DNA from: Dehalococcoidia bacterium
Lineage (GTDB): Bacteria; Chloroflexota; Dehalococcoidia; Plut-88900
NCBI GenBank assembly: GCA_965249275.1
Contig: CBDFLQ010000007.1
Span: 224,001-288,000 of the forward strand
Direction: 5' to 3'
Length of the DNA stretch: 64,000 nucleotides
Shown here piece by piece: positions 11,364-20,007 of this stretch (position 1 is its first letter; every line of letters begins with the position of its first letter). Below the pieces are notes generated by a model, which was not told the DNA's origin, did no database searches, and worked only from the letters and a program-made list of their open reading frames with translations. The position numbers were made by a program, and so were the translations under genes.

Positions 11364-11612
11364 ATGTACCTAGCGAAAGTCCACGTAACGCTGAAACCGA
11401 CCGTGAACGACCCCCAGGGACTCACAATCCTGGGGGCTCTTCATTCTTTGGGATTTGCGTCAGCGCGGGAGGTGAGGGCGGGGAAGTATATTGAGGTCAG
11501 GGTGGACGAGGGGACTCAAGAGGCGGCTGAGGCGCAGGTTGGGGAGATGTGCAGGAAGCTGCTGGCCAACCCGGTGATTGAGAGTTTTTCGTTCGAGGTT
11601 TTGGAGGGGTAG
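11364..11612 (+). CDS. purS: FGAM synthase subunit PurS
   Basis: LKPTVNDPQG ... LLANPVIE motif, 82 aa. Confidence 0.95.
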   Translation: MYLAKVHVTLKPTVNDPQGLTILGALHSLGFASAREVRAGKYIEVRVDEGTQEAAEAQVGEMCRKLLANPVIESFSFEVLEG

Positions 11613-11676
11613 GACTCCCCTCAACCCCCCGTCATCACGTGTCCCCGCTATGAATCTGAGGGACAGCGTCCTCTCC

Positions 11677-11768
11677 GTCATTCCGGCCGCCGAGAGTCGG
11701 TCGAAGATGCGCCGAGGCGTGAATCCATCCTTGGGGAGAGGCCGCTCATCCTGAGCACCGTCGAAGGG
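11677..11768. repeat. Cluster of REP-like palindromic repeats
   Basis: GTCATTCCG...GAATCC unit containing the TCGAAGATGCGCCGAGGCGTGA hairpin (11701-11722), then CCGCTCATCCTGAGCACCGTCGAAGGG. Confidence 0.7.
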
Positions 11769-11820
11769 TCGAGCGGGGGGCGGTCCCGCACTGCCAATCC
11801 GTCGTGCCCGTCCCCCAAAA

Positions 11821-12490
11821 GTGACACGAACCCCTTGACTGTATGCGTACATGTGTACTATTATCCCCCTCGACTAGCTCGTCACACACCTAAACCCAAG
11901 GAGGAACCAAAAACCCAGGGGAAGCCCACCCGATCCACCCGAGGACTCAACGCCTCAGCCCATCCCAACGGCCCATACACGGGGCCCGCGGCTCAAGCGA
12001 AAGTCGCCATCTCCTCATCCCACGGGTCCCGTGCACCCTTCCCTGATCCCCAGGCGATGGAAGGTCCACAGACTATGCTCGGCAGGCCCCGTCCAACGAC
12101 GCACCTGCCGATTCAACGCTCCACATCATCGGATGCGTTTGTCCCGGCCCATTGCGCGCCGGTTTCCCGGGTAGGTCAACCGACCCCCGGTTTAGCAAGG
12201 CCCTCGTGCCTTGTTTGTCCCGCCGTCCCTGCCATCCGTCTACCCGGCGGATGCACCGGGACGCCGGTTATGAAAGTCCGCCTCAGGCGGCATCTTCCCC
12301 GTCAGCGGTCCGGTCAAGTGCCGCTGCCGGTGGGATCGGCCCCACACAACCCTGACCACAGCCGACAACGTGTGGGGATAATCCAGACCGGCGCCGACGG
12401 CTCGGCAGCAACCTCCGGCCTGGTTTCTAGTTACCGGGCCTTCCATCGCAGACCCTCCCAAACAAAACCGAAACCAACACCCCAAAACCC
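11821..12490 (+). ncRNA. Putative large structured ncRNA element, copy A
   Basis: Homologous to 23125-23766(-) and 26573-27240(+); long-range stem GCGATGGAAGGTCC (12054-12067) / GGGCCTTCCATCGC (12436-12449); many covarying hairpins; no conserved ORF. Confidence 0.7.
11835..11864 (+). promoter_or_regulatory. Sigma70-type promoter of element copy A, with SOS-box-like GTAC-N4-GTAC
   Basis: TTGACT (11835) - 18 bp - TATTAT (11859); same geometry in all three copies. Confidence 0.7.
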
Positions 12491-12673
12491 AATCGAATTT
12501 GCTGCAAGTGGAACACCCGCCTATGGAGGGCAGAACGTCCGCCTGGGGAGGTCCGCCTCAGGAGGACTAAAGAAAAACCCGGTGTGTCACTAATCTATCG
12601 AACGAGTACACCATATTGACCCCACTCCCCCCACCCCTTACCATTCCCACGCCGACCCACCAGGAGCACACCC

Positions 12674-14203
12674 TTGCCATCCACCGACTATGACGTAATC
12701 ATCATCGGCGCGGGCCACAACGGGCTCACCGCCGCCGCATATCTCGCCAAAGCCGGCCTCCGAGTCCTATCCCTCGAACGCCGCAGCGTCCTCGGCGGCG
12801 CAACCCTCACCGACGAGATATTTCCCGGCTACCGCCTTCCCCGCTATTCCTATGCCGCCCTCCTTCTAGAAGGCAAAGTTGTGCAGGACCTAGACCTCGA
12901 ATCCCACGGCCTCAAGGTCCTCCCCGTCGACCCCGAACGCATCCACCCCTTCCCCGACGGTCGAGCCGTACGAGTCTGGAACGACGACGCCCAGGTCGCC
13001 GAGGAAATCGCCCGCATCTCGCCCCCTGATGCCGACGCCTACCTCAAATGGGTCGACTTCTGGGTGAGGGCCGCCCACATCATTCACCCTTATATGCTTA
13101 CCTCCCCTCCCACCCTCGCCGAGGTCATGGCCTCCGTCCAGGGCACCGACGACGAGGCAGTCCTCGAACGTATCCTCTTCGGCTCCGCCTACGACATGCT
13201 CGACCAGTTCTTCGAGTCGGAGCAGGTCAAGGCGCTCTTCGCCTGGTCCTTCAACGACGCCCCCCTCTTCTTCGCTCGCCTGGAGACCTCCCGCTTCGGC
13301 GACCCCCGATACCAGGGCATCCTCCAGGGTGGCATGGGCAGCCTTCCCCGTTCCATCGAAGGAGCCGCCCGCTCCTACGGCGCTCAGTTCGAGACCAGCG
13401 CCGAGGTCCGACGTGTCCTCATTGAAAACTGCTCGGCCATCGGCGTAGAGCTTACCGACGGTCGTCAGATCAGGGCCGGGACGGTAGTCTCCAACCTCGA
13501 CCCCAAGCGCTCCCTCCTGGACATTGTCGACGAGGGACACCTCCCCTCCGACTTCCGGGCCCGCATCCGCTCCCTAAAGAACATGCGCGCCTCCATGAAG
13601 CTCCACGCCTCCCTCTCCGAGCCCCCTGACCTGAGCCACTACTTTGGCGGGGACTGGGACCTCGGATACCTGGGCCGTGTCAGGATGTGCCCTAGCCTCG
13701 ACCATGTGCGCGCCGGTCGCGCCGACGCCGATGCCGGCCGTCTCCCCCAGCACCCCTCCATGATCATGCAAATCCCTTCCGTCTACGACCCCTCAATGGC
13801 CCCCGAGGGCAAACACTGCATGTCGGTATGGGTCGAGACTGCCGCCTTCGAGCTAGCCGACGGCTCCTGGGACGACGCCCGGGAACAGGTCGCTGACATC
13901 ATCGTCGACGCCCTTTCCGTCTACGCCCCCAACATCAAGGACGCCATCATCGATAGGCAGGTCGTTACGCCCTTGGACCTCGTCCGCGAGGTCGGCCTCA
14001 CCAACGGCGACATCCTCCACTTGGATATGACCCCTCAACAGTTCTTCGCCTCTCGGCCCCTCCGAGGCTGGAACAGCTATCGCACCCCAATCGGAAACTA
14101 CTATCTCTGCGGAGCCGGGACCCATCCGGGCGGCTACGTGTCCGGGGCCCCGGGCCACAACGCCGCCCATGCCATCCTCCGAGACATGGAGCTCGCTTCT
14201 TGA
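12674..14203 (+). CDS. Phytoene-desaturase-like NAD(P)/FAD-dependent oxidoreductase
   Basis: IIGAGHNGL FAD-binding motif, GGMG, YLCGAGTHPGGYVSGAPG. Confidence 0.88.
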   Translation: MPSTDYDVIIIGAGHNGLTAAAYLAKAGLRVLSLERRSVLGGATLTDEIFPGYRLPRYSYAALLLEGKVVQDLDLESHGLKVLPVDPERIHPFPDGRAVRVWNDDAQVAEEIARISPPDADAYLKWVDFWVRAAHIIHPYMLTSPPTLAEVMASVQGTDDEAVLERILFGSAYDMLDQFFESEQVKALFAWSFNDAPLFFARLETSRFGDPRYQGILQGGMGSLPRSIEGAARSYGAQFETSAEVRRVLIENCSAIGVELTDGRQIRAGTVVSNLDPKRSLLDIVDEGHLPSDFRARIRSLKNMRASMKLHASLSEPPDLSHYFGGDWDLGYLGRVRMCPSLDHVRAGRADADAGRLPQHPSMIMQIPSVYDPSMAPEGKHCMSVWVETAAFELADGSWDDAREQVADIIVDALSVYAPNIKDAIIDRQVVTPLDLVREVGLTNGDILHLDMTPQQFFASRPLRGWNSYRTPIGNYYLCGAGTHPGGYVSGAPGHNAAHAILRDMELAS

Positions 14204-15021
14204 CCACCTCCCATCACCCCACCGACCCCGAACTTTTTACGTCCGAGTCCATCCGTAACAACCTCAACACTTCCTTCATGGGCCGCGACCTTCTTTTCTA
14301 CGACACCCTTCCCACCACCATGGATGTCGCCGATATGAAGGCCATGGCAGGCGCTTCCGAGGGCACTGTCATCCTCGCCGACGACCAGACGGCAGGCCGG
14401 GGCCGCTTCGACCGACAGTGGGTCGTCGAGAAAGGTGCTGCCATTGCAGTCTCGATCATCCTTCGTCCTCCACCCCCCGTCTCCGCCCGTCTCCATATAG
14501 TCTGCTCTCTCGCCGTGGCCCGTGCCGCCGAGACCGCCGCCGGACTCAAACCCGCCATCAAATGGCCCAACGATGTCCTTATCGACGGCAAAAAGACCTC
14601 CGGAATACTCCTCACTTCCAACCGGGACCGAGATGGCAAGTTATATGTGAACGCGGGTATCGGCATCAACGTCAACCAGACCGCCGAGTCCCTCTCCGAA
14701 ATCACCCCGCCCGCCACCAGCCTCCGCGTGCAGGCGGGCCAACCCGTCTCCCGTTTAGAAGTCTTCTGCGCCCTGCTCCATCACTTGGAAAAGCTCTATC
14801 TCGAAGCCGTCTCAGGCAGCGATCTGCTCGACCTGTGGCGCTCCTATCTCATCACCCTCGGCCAGCACGTTCGTGTACAATGGCGCAGAGAGGACATGCT
14901 CGGTTTCGTGGAGGAAGGCCGTGCCGAAGACATCGACGAATTCGGCCGCCTCCTCCTCCGCACCGACGAAGGCGAGCTGAAAACCCTGGTATCCGGAGAA
15001 GTTACGCTGCACGGCCAATAG
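14200..15021 (+). CDS. birA: Biotin--[acetyl-CoA-carboxylase] ligase (no N-terminal HTH)
   Basis: QTAGRGRFDRQW, KWPND, KKTSGIL, GIGINV. Confidence 0.92.
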   Translation: MTTSHHPTDPELFTSESIRNNLNTSFMGRDLLFYDTLPTTMDVADMKAMAGASEGTVILADDQTAGRGRFDRQWVVEKGAAIAVSIILRPPPPVSARLHIVCSLAVARAAETAAGLKPAIKWPNDVLIDGKKTSGILLTSNRDRDGKLYVNAGIGINVNQTAESLSEITPPATSLRVQAGQPVSRLEVFCALLHHLEKLYLEAVSGSDLLDLWRSYLITLGQHVRVQWRREDMLGFVEEGRAEDIDEFGRLLLRTDEGELKTLVSGEVTLHGQ

Positions 15022-15057
15022 CGGCCACAACCCAATCCCTTCTACACTGGTCACAAT

Positions 15058-15870
15058 ATGACGGACGCATACGATTTTTCAGGACGCGTGGCCCTTGTAA
15101 CAGGCGGAGGCTCAGGCCTCGGTAGAGAGGTCGCCGTGGCCCTTGCCAAGCTTGGCGCCGACGTCGTTGCCGCAGGCCGAAGGCCGGGCCCCATCCAGGA
15201 GACTGTCGACACCATCCTGGCCAATGGCGGCAGGGCCATCGCCGTCTCCACCGACGTGACCGACTCCCAAAAGGTCGACTCCCTTGTCGAGCGCACCGTC
15301 TCCGAGTTCGGCCGCATCGACATCCTCGTCAACAACGCCGGCATCTCCGGCGCAGATGACCCTGAGAAACCAGTATGGGAAATCACCGACGAGGTATGGC
15401 ACCGTGGCATTGACGGCGAGCTAACCGGCTCCTTCTTCTGTGCCCGTGCCGCGGGCAAGCACATGGTCGGTCAGCGCTACGGCAAGATCGTCAACGTCTC
15501 CTCCGGATTTGGTTATGGCACCCAGCGCGGCCAAGTCATGTACGGCGTCGCCAAGGCGGGCGTCATTCAGCTGACCCGAGTCCTCGCCATGCAGTGGGCC
15601 CGAGACAACGTCAACGTCAACTGCATCGTTCCCGGCCTCTTCTACACCCTCCCCGAGGAGATGGAGCGAACCATAGAAGAGCGCGGGCACCGCTTCATCC
15701 CCGTCGGTTTCGTAGCCACGGCCAAAGACCTCGTCGACCTCGTCCTCCTGCTCTGCTCCGACGCCTCGTCCTACATGACCGGCGAGAACATCATGGTCGA
15801 TGGCGCTGCTCTCATCGGCGCTTACGCTCCCTGGGGCTACCAGCCCCTCACCCCGACCCCGGAGGCCTGA
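15058..15870 (+). CDS. SDR family oxidoreductase (catalytic motifs intact)
   Basis: TGGGSGLG, NNAG, YGVAK (YxxxK). Confidence 0.92.
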   Translation: MTDAYDFSGRVALVTGGGSGLGREVAVALAKLGADVVAAGRRPGPIQETVDTILANGGRAIAVSTDVTDSQKVDSLVERTVSEFGRIDILVNNAGISGADDPEKPVWEITDEVWHRGIDGELTGSFFCARAAGKHMVGQRYGKIVNVSSGFGYGTQRGQVMYGVAKAGVIQLTRVLAMQWARDNVNVNCIVPGLFYTLPEEMERTIEERGHRFIPVGFVATAKDLVDLVLLLCSDASSYMTGENIMVDGAALIGAYAPWGYQPLTPTPEA

Positions 15871-15871
15871 C

Positions 15872-16585
15872 ATGTCCCCCGCTCCTTTCAATCTTAAGGG
15901 CAGAAACGCAGTCCTTGTGACACGGGGTGGCATCAATGCCCCCGCCCTCGCTGCCGCACTCACAGATGCAGGTGCAAGCCTCGCAGTGGTCCACCCCGAG
16001 TCGACCACCCCACCCCCCACCCCCAAGGCTGTGTCCTGGCCCGGTGACACGGATGGCCTCGAAGATGCGGTTTCCAGTGCCATTTTCGACCTCGGCGGCA
16101 TAGACATTCTTGTAAACGACCTCGCTGCCGACTTCGCCAAGCCCCTCGCCGATATGACCTATGCAGAATGGCGCACCACCATAGACCTGAACCTGGACTC
16201 GGTGTTCCTCTCCTGCAAAGCAGCCGCGAGCCACATGCTGGCACAGCAGAGGGGACGCATAGTAAACATCGCCTCGGGTCTCGGGGCACGCGTGGTGGTC
16301 AACCAGAGCGCCTTTTCGGCGGCCGAGGCCGGGGTCATCCACCTCACACGCGCCCTGGGCCTCGAGTGGGCCCGAGACAACGTTCGTGTCAATGCCATCG
16401 TCGGCGGCTGGATCGTCGACTCCGATGACGCACTCCCCGACAAGATTCGCCGCTACGTTCCCATGCAGCGCTGGGGCAGGCCCGAGGACCTCGGCGGCAC
16501 CCTCATCTACCTCGCCTCCGACTCCTGCGCCTTCACCACCGGCGAACCCGTCTTCATAGACGGCGGCATCATGATCCGAACGTAG
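15872..16585 (+). CDS. SDR-fold protein with degenerate catalytic motifs
   Basis: SDR C-terminal half is clear (GRIVNIAS, VRVNAI, TGE...DGG), but YxxxK reads FSAAE and the Gly-rich motif is degenerate; ATG at 15872. Confidence 0.8.
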   Translation: MSPAPFNLKGRNAVLVTRGGINAPALAAALTDAGASLAVVHPESTTPPPTPKAVSWPGDTDGLEDAVSSAIFDLGGIDILVNDLAADFAKPLADMTYAEWRTTIDLNLDSVFLSCKAAASHMLAQQRGRIVNIASGLGARVVVNQSAFSAAEAGVIHLTRALGLEWARDNVRVNAIVGGWIVDSDDALPDKIRRYVPMQRWGRPEDLGGTLIYLASDSCAFTTGEPVFIDGGIMIRT

Positions 16586-16635
16586 GATATGCCTGCCACT
16601 TGTGAAGTTCTGTTCCACTCGACTCTCTTTTACCT

Positions 16636-16663
16636 GTCATTCCGAGGCTCCGCGAGGAATCTA
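16636..16663. repeat. GTCATTCCG...GGAATC palindromic repeat
   Basis: GTCATTCCGAGGCTCCGCGAGGAATCTA, identical to 27286-27313. Confidence 0.8.
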
Positions 16664-16734
16664 AAGCATTATTTCGCAGCCCAGACTTAAATACCCTCAC
16701 AGCTTCGTCTACCAGCGCCGGCTTCCCCCTCCCC

Positions 16735-16758
16735 GTAGGGGCGACCGGCCAGTCGCCT
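16735..16758. repeat. GTAG-type REP-like hairpin
   Basis: GTAGG-GGCGAC-CGGCCA-GTCGCC: GTAG head followed by a GC hairpin. Confidence 0.55.
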
Positions 16759-16819
16759 TGACTCCCCACCCACCCTGGCCCTCTGGAAAACAAACCCAAT
16801 AGTACAAGGAGAACCCGAC

Positions 16820-17236
16820 ATGGCCACCAAGAAAGCCCTCCCTCTATCCGACGCCCCAGACCGCAGCCACGTTTTCAACTGGGGCCTCAAGGTTTCCGGC
16901 TTCAGCGAGCTCCTCCTCCTCACCGGCCAGATCGACGCCGACCGCGATGGCAACGTCCGACACCCAGGCGACGCCGTAGCACAGACCGAGGCCGTCTTCG
17001 ACTCCCTGGTCGGAATGCTCGAAGCTGAGGGCTGGTCCGTCGACGACGTCATCCGCGTCGAACCGACGATTACCGTGGACTCGGACTCGCCTGAGAATCG
17101 TGAAGGCATATACGCCGTCTGGGCAAACTGCTTCAAAGACGTGGCCGTGAAGCCCGCCGCAGGCACCCTGAGACTCATCAGCGCCCTCGCCCGACCCGGA
17201 TTCTTCGTAGAATTCGAATTCCTCTGCGCCCGTTAG
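16820..17236 (+). CDS. RidA/YjgF family protein
   Basis: LLTGQI, AQTEAVF, LARPGFFVEFE; AAGGAG RBS. Confidence 0.8.
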   Translation: MATKKALPLSDAPDRSHVFNWGLKVSGFSELLLLTGQIDADRDGNVRHPGDAVAQTEAVFDSLVGMLEAEGWSVDDVIRVEPTITVDSDSPENREGIYAVWANCFKDVAVKPAAGTLRLISALARPGFFVEFEFLCAR

Positions 17237-17275
17237 GGGGCACCCCTTCGTCTGGACATAAATCGCCCTGGACAT

Positions 17276-17320
17276 AAGGCATCGGCGGGAGCAATGTCTG
17301 CTCCCGCCGATGCCTTTTTT
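17276..17320 (+). terminator. Rho-independent terminator
   Basis: AAGGCATCGGCGGGAGCA / TGCTCCCGCCGATGCCTT stem followed by a T tract. Confidence 0.85.
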
Positions 17321-17403
17321 CATTTCCGCGCAATTCTCCCCACTCCCACAACTCCCTTCTCCTTCGACGGTTCTTTGTGGATCCGTATTGCACCCTTTCC
17401 TGC

Positions 17404-17630
17404 GTCATTCCGGGCCCCGAGCCGGAATCCATCATCTCCCACCCTCTCTGTCCCTCCACTGTACGGGCATCCACGAGGGTTGCTCTAGGGGCGGGGGAAT
17501 CCGTTCACCCTAGGCCTAAGTCGAAGGACAAGTGGATTCCTGGCGCGCTTCAGTCCCCTCTCCCTCAGTGGGTCGCAGATGCTGCAAGTGCGTCTTTGGC
17601 GCACGCCGAGGCGTGAGAGGGCTGGGGTGA
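17404..17630. repeat. Mosaic of REP-like repeats
   Basis: GTCATTCCGGGCCCCGAGCCGGAATCCA (17404-17431), GGAATCC/GGATTCC pair, CCCTCTCCC...GAGAGGGCTGGGGTGA containing a CGCCGAGGCG hairpin. Confidence 0.65.
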
Positions 17631-17666
17631 CTCCCTTCTACCTCTCCAGCTACAAAACACCCTCTA

Positions 17667-17774
17667 TTGCAACCCATACCCCATGTTGCTATCCCCTACC
17701 CATTGCCACCTGTATCCTGCTATGCAATCCCCCGCCCCTTGCCACCCGACTTCCTACGTGCTACCTTCCCGCCG
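17667..17774 (+). promoter_or_regulatory. Three degenerate 36-bp tandem units (promoter/operator-like) upstream of the HTH gene
   Basis: TTGC(A/C)ACC at 17667, 17703 and 17739, each followed by TGC(T/A)A at a fixed offset. Confidence 0.55.
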
Positions 17775-17786
17775 TAAGGAGGTCCC

Positions 17787-18119
17787 ATGCCCCAATCCCT
17801 CACCTGCTGGGAGACCGCCCGACGCCTGAACGTCAAACCTCTATGGGTCCACAGGCTCATCGACAGGGGAGACCTGAAGGTCGTTGGAGACGGCGTCACC
17901 GAGGAGTCCGTCAAGAAGCTCTTGCGCCGCCGCGAGGCACGGAAACGCCCCGCCGGCTACGTCAGCATCAAGCGTGCCTCAGTATTTCTCGGAGTCTCAC
18001 GGCAGCGGGTCCAGCAGCTCTGCGACTCGGGCGCCCTCCGCTCCAAGTCCGTAGAAGGCCGAGTCTGGATCGATGGAGAGAGCGTATTCAAGCGCGCGGA
18101 GGCCCAGCCCCGCCAATAG
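17787..18119 (+). CDS. Small DNA-binding protein with two excisionase-like HTH modules
   Basis: LTCWETARRLNV...VHRLIDRGDL and VSIKRASVFLGVSRQRVQQLCDSGAL; AAGGAGG RBS. Confidence 0.75.
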   Translation: MPQSLTCWETARRLNVKPLWVHRLIDRGDLKVVGDGVTEESVKKLLRRREARKRPAGYVSIKRASVFLGVSRQRVQQLCDSGALRSKSVEGRVWIDGESVFKRAEAQPRQ

Positions 18120-18236
18120 ATACCTATCATTGGAGCAATCCAACTCCCGCCCTCATTTACTGGCCTTTGGCCTTAATGTAGAATTCATCATGCTTAAACT
18201 CATGATTAGACTGTTGAATAACGCTCCGCCGAGACC

Positions 18237-19256
18237 ATGCTCCGCATAGCCCTGCCCAGCAACGCCGACTGGCTGGACCCTACCCTTGATTTCCTGAACT
18301 CATGCGGCCTCCCCGTTAAGAGGGTCACTGCCCGGCGTTATACGGGCCGCATGCCCGCTGTTCCCGGCGCTGTCGTACTTTTTCAGCGCTCCGCCGACAT
18401 CCCTCGCCAGGTGGAAGCTGGCGCCGCCGAGATCGGCCTTGCGGGCCTCGACCAGTTCCTCGAAGCTCACGCGGATGATGGGCCCGGGTTGCTCCTCGTC
18501 AAAAGCCTGCGCTTCCGTGGCGCAGATCTGGTAATCGCCGTCCCCGACTCCTGGGATGACGTCATCTCCGCCGAGGATCTGGCCAACCGCTCCAGGCAGT
18601 ACGAAAACGAGGGGAAATCCCTACGCGTAGCCACGAAGTACCCGCAGCTCACCAGGAGATATCTGGAAGACCAGGGCGCGGTCAACTTCTCTATCATCGA
18701 TGCCGGTGGCACCCTCGAAGCCGCTCCCGCTATGGGCTATGCCGACTTCATCGTCGACATCACTTCCACCGGCAACACCCTCCGGGAGAACCAGCTCAAA
18801 ACAATATCCGGTGGGACGGTTGTGAAGTCCCAGGCCTGCCTATTTGCCAACAAGGACCTCCTGAGCCGGGATCCCGACGCCCTCGCCGGTGTCCGCATCC
18901 TCCTTGAGCTCATCGAAGCCCGACTCCGTGCCTCCGAGTACTACAGCATCATTGCCAACATTCAGGGGGAATCCCCCGCCCAGATTGCAGGCCACATCCA
19001 ATCCCACCCCGAGATCGCAGGCATCGAGGGGCCTACCGTCTCCCAGGTCTTCAGCAAGGACGGCGAGACAGGCTGGTACGCCGTCACCATGGTCGTCGAG
19101 CGCGACAAGGTAATTACCGCCGTCGACCATATCCGAGGCATAGGTGGGAACGGCATCATCGTTTTCCCCACTACCTACGTGTTCGAAGCCAAGTGCACAA
19201 CCTACGACAACCTGCTCGAACAGCTGGGGCGCGCCCCGGTGGAAACGTCGGTTTAG
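18237..19256 (+). CDS. hisG: ATP phosphoribosyltransferase (long form)
   Basis: LRIALPS, VATKYP, GTLEAAP, VDITSTGNTLREN; C-terminal GPTVS regulatory domain. Confidence 0.95.
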   Translation: MLRIALPSNADWLDPTLDFLNSCGLPVKRVTARRYTGRMPAVPGAVVLFQRSADIPRQVEAGAAEIGLAGLDQFLEAHADDGPGLLLVKSLRFRGADLVIAVPDSWDDVISAEDLANRSRQYENEGKSLRVATKYPQLTRRYLEDQGAVNFSIIDAGGTLEAAPAMGYADFIVDITSTGNTLRENQLKTISGGTVVKSQACLFANKDLLSRDPDALAGVRILLELIEARLRASEYYSIIANIQGESPAQIAGHIQSHPEIAGIEGPTVSQVFSKDGETGWYAVTMVVERDKVITAVDHIRGIGGNGIIVFPTTYVFEAKCTTYDNLLEQLGRAPVETSV

Positions 19257-19260
19257 TGGG

Positions 19261-20007
19261 ATGCCCAACTCCTCGCTCCATATCTCCTTCGCCGACGACG
19301 CTGCCAGGGCCCTCGGCCACCCCCTCCTGACCGACTACTCAGGCAGCTACCTTCTCGGCTCCACGGCCCCCGACGTCCGGAACCTCGCCGGCTGGGACCG
19401 ATACCGCACCCACTTCTTCGACCTTGCCAACGACCAGCCCGGCAAAGGCATTCAGGGCCTCTTCGATACCTATCCTGAGCTCTCTGACGCCGCAAAACTC
19501 GGCAACGAGACCCGTGCCTTCGTCCTCGGCTATATGTGCCACCTGGTCACCGACGAGCACTGGATCGCCGGCGTCTACCGCCCCTATTTCGGCAAAAAGA
19601 CTTCCGCCGACCCGCTCACCAACGTCCTCGACCGAGTCCTCCAGTTCGAATTGGACAAGCGTGAGCGCAATGGCATCCGGGACCTTGATGGCGTACTGGA
19701 GGCCCTTAAGGACGCCGACACCGGTGTCAACGTCTCCTTCATTGACGCCGACCTCCTGCGCCGCTGGAGGGACGTGATGACGGAGCGCACCTCCATGGAT
19801 CTCGGCTGGGACCACCTGAGGCGATTTGTACGAAAGGCCCTCCCCCAGCATCTGAAAGATGACGAGGGTACTATGACCTCCGTCATTGCCCAGGGCCCCG
19901 AGCTTCTCTCCCGAGCCAAGGAGCAGGCCCCCGACCACGTCATCGCTTCCTTCAGAGCCAAGGCCATCGACAAGTTCGTTGACATCGCAGGGGAATACCT
20001 CTCTTGA
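19261..20007 (+). CDS. Zinc-dependent phospholipase C family protein
   Basis: MPxxxxH N-terminus, LGSTAPD, RTHFF, GYMCHLVTD; ATG at 19261. Confidence 0.75.
   Translation: MPNSSLHISFADDAARALGHPLLTDYSGSYLLGSTAPDVRNLAGWDRYRTHFFDLANDQPGKGIQGLFDTYPELSDAAKLGNETRAFVLGYMCHLVTDEHWIAGVYRPYFGKKTSADPLTNVLDRVLQFELDKRERNGIRDLDGVLEALKDADTGVNVSFIDADLLRRWRDVMTERTSMDLGWDHLRRFVRKALPQHLKDDEGTMTSVIAQGPELLSRAKEQAPDHVIASFRAKAIDKFVDIAGEYLS

Noticed and set aside
12054-12449. Retron msr-msd, suggested by a1/a2-like inverted repeats
   Set aside because: No reverse transcriptase gene next to any copy or anywhere in the window, and the enclosed region is larger than typical msr-msd
11835-12593. 252-aa ORF spanning element copy A
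   Set aside because: Its TTG start is the -35 box, the product is low-complexity Pro/Arg-rich, and the equivalent frame in copy C has stops (…HPAERR*), so conservation is at RNA/DNA level
11600-12670. dif site at the skew switch
   Set aside because: No XerC/XerD-like 28-bp site recognisable by eye
17667-17774. CRISPR array (36-bp periodicity)
   Set aside because: Units are contiguous and degenerate with no spacers; no cas genes. No CRISPR array seen anywhere in the window
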